Assembly (NCBI GenBank): GCA_004297205.1
Contig: SCUL01000002.1
Location: forward strand, 594,893 to 658,892
Source of the DNA: Patescibacteria group bacterium
GTDB lineage: Bacteria; Patescibacteriota; Patescibacteriia; 2-12-FULL-57-11
Direction of reading: 5' to 3'
DNA: 64,000 nucleotides
The notes beneath the pieces are model-generated. The model was not told the origin of the DNA. It saw only the letters and a list, made by a program, of their open reading frames with translations, and ran no database searches. Both the position numbers and the translations under genes were made by a program. Below, in pieces: positions 62,921-64,000 of this stretch; the stretch's first letter is position 1; each line of letters opens with the position of its first letter.

Positions 62921-62996
62921 TGGTCGGGCCGGTGGGACTCGAACCCACGACTTCCTGCTCCCAAAGCAGGCGCGCTACCAACTGCGCTACGGCCCG
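62921..62996 (-). tRNA. tRNA-Pro (anticodon TGG)
   Basis: CGGGCCGTAGCGCAGTTGGTAGCGC...TTTGGGA...GGTTCGAGTCCCACCGGCCCGACCA. Confidence 0.85.
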
Positions 62997-63080
62997 AAAT
63001 CGATGTGAAGATACGCGAAAACCGCCGGACGGTCAACGATGACAGGAGCAGAAGTGCATGGTATCTTCTGCCCATCTTCT

Positions 63081-63746
63081 ATGGAATACCTCCAAACGGC
63101 CGTTGACCTGTTCGTGCACGTCGACGAGCACTTGAACACGCTCATCGTCCTGTTCGGGCCGTGGACCTACATCATCCTCTTCTCGATCATCTTCGCTGAA
63201 ACCGGACTCGTGGTGGCGCCGTTCCTGCCGGGCGACTCCATGATCTTCGCGGTTGGCAGCATTGCCGCGTTGGGTACGTTGAACATTTGGATCATCTACG
63301 TCCTGTTGCTGGTGGCCGCGATTTCCGGCGACAGCTTTAACTACTGGATCGGCGCCCGTTTCGGACGGCGCATCCTGGAGCGGACCAACGGCCGTCTGGT
63401 GAAGAAAGAGCACTTGGAAAAAACCGAAGTCTTCTTCGCCAAGCATGGAGCAAAGACGATCGTGCTCGCCCGTTTTATGCCGATCGTGCGCACCATCGCG
63501 CCGTTCGTGGCCGGGATCGGCCGCATGCCGTACGCCACGTTCGCCCTGTACAACGTGGTCGGCGGGTTCGTCTGGGTGACCATGTTCACCTGGGGCGGCT
63601 ACTGGTTCGGCAACATCCCCTGGGTGCGGCACAACTTCGAATATGTCATCCTCGGTATCGTCGCCACCTCGTTTCTTCCGCCGCTCTGGGAATTCGTCCG
63701 GGCGCGTCTGCGTCCCGCCAAAGATTCTGGTAGCATAGCTTCATGA
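63081..63746 (+). CDS. dedA: DedA/SNARE-associated (TVP38/TMEM64) family membrane protein
   Basis: Conserved PFLPGDS...FVAGIGRMPY blocks. Confidence 0.8.
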   Translation: MEYLQTAVDLFVHVDEHLNTLIVLFGPWTYIILFSIIFAETGLVVAPFLPGDSMIFAVGSIAALGTLNIWIIYVLLLVAAISGDSFNYWIGARFGRRILERTNGRLVKKEHLEKTEVFFAKHGAKTIVLARFMPIVRTIAPFVAGIGRMPYATFALYNVVGGFVWVTMFTWGGYWFGNIPWVRHNFEYVILGIVATSFLPPLWEFVRARLRPAKDSGSIAS

Positions 63747-64000
63747 AGCCGACCGCCAGACTCTTCGCCGCGTGGATCTCGCCCGCGCTGGAGCGCGCCC
63801 TGATCCGTCCGTTCTTTGAGCGCTTCCCGGACGGGGAGCTCTTTGTTGTGGGCGGCGCCGTGCGCGACGCCCTGCTCGGCCGCACCGCGAAGCGCGATCT
63901 GGATCTCGTGGCCCGCGGCGTGCCCGGCTCGACGCTGGAGCGGTTCCTCAAGGAGCATGGACGCGTCCACTACGTCGGCCGCACCTTTGGCGTCTGGAAG
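63743..64000 (+). CDS. tRNA nucleotidyltransferase / poly(A) polymerase family, N-terminal fragment (runs off the window)
   Basis: VVGGAVRDALLGR...DLDLV head-domain motif. Start overlaps the dedA stop (ATGA). Confidence 0.7.
   Translation, partial: MKPTARLFAAWISPALERALIRPFFERFPDGELFVVGGAVRDALLGRTAKRDLDLVARGVPGSTLERFLKEHGRVHYVGRTFGVWK

Overview
This 64-kb window is a high-GC (roughly 65%) bacterial chromosomal segment from the replication-origin neighbourhood. dnaA-dnaN sit with DnaA-box/AT-rich oriC-like spacers and a divergent rpmH-rnpA-yidD operon. About 15 kb away, a low-GC island carries four consensus parS sites (TGTTTCACGTGAAACA) and three tRNA genes. About 75 protein genes are supported. 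Most are housekeeping: polA, pnp, rpsO, rpsT, holA, tig, hppA, PBP1A, ruvC, yebC, gpsA, plsC, pgpA, lspA, msrA, nfo, rnhB, a Xer-type recombinase. There are 11 tRNAs, including an unusual tRNA-Ile with a UAU anticodon, and many small membrane or secreted proteins. The most notable non-housekeeping content is threefold. (i) Three paralogous secreted proteins share a ~135-aa uncharacterised domain in three architectures (Ig-like repeats, phosphodiester glycosidase, SH3b); they flank a Cys-rich membrane protein with a C-terminal Hint (intein-like) domain. (ii) A CYTH-P-loop NTPase fusion lies next to a 305-aa unknown protein that has a ~460-nt non-coding leader, with a divergent pseudo-receiver gene. 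(iii) A ~600-bp AT-rich island upstream of dksA-lspA has a near-consensus promoter, DnaA boxes and a terminator, delimiting a possible ~390-nt RNA. Many long ORFs in the six-frame track are antisense or out-of-frame artefacts of high-GC DNA and were discounted. No CRISPR array, rRNA or convincing prophage was seen. Coordinates of starts were refined by hand from RBS/homology logic and are approximate where stated.
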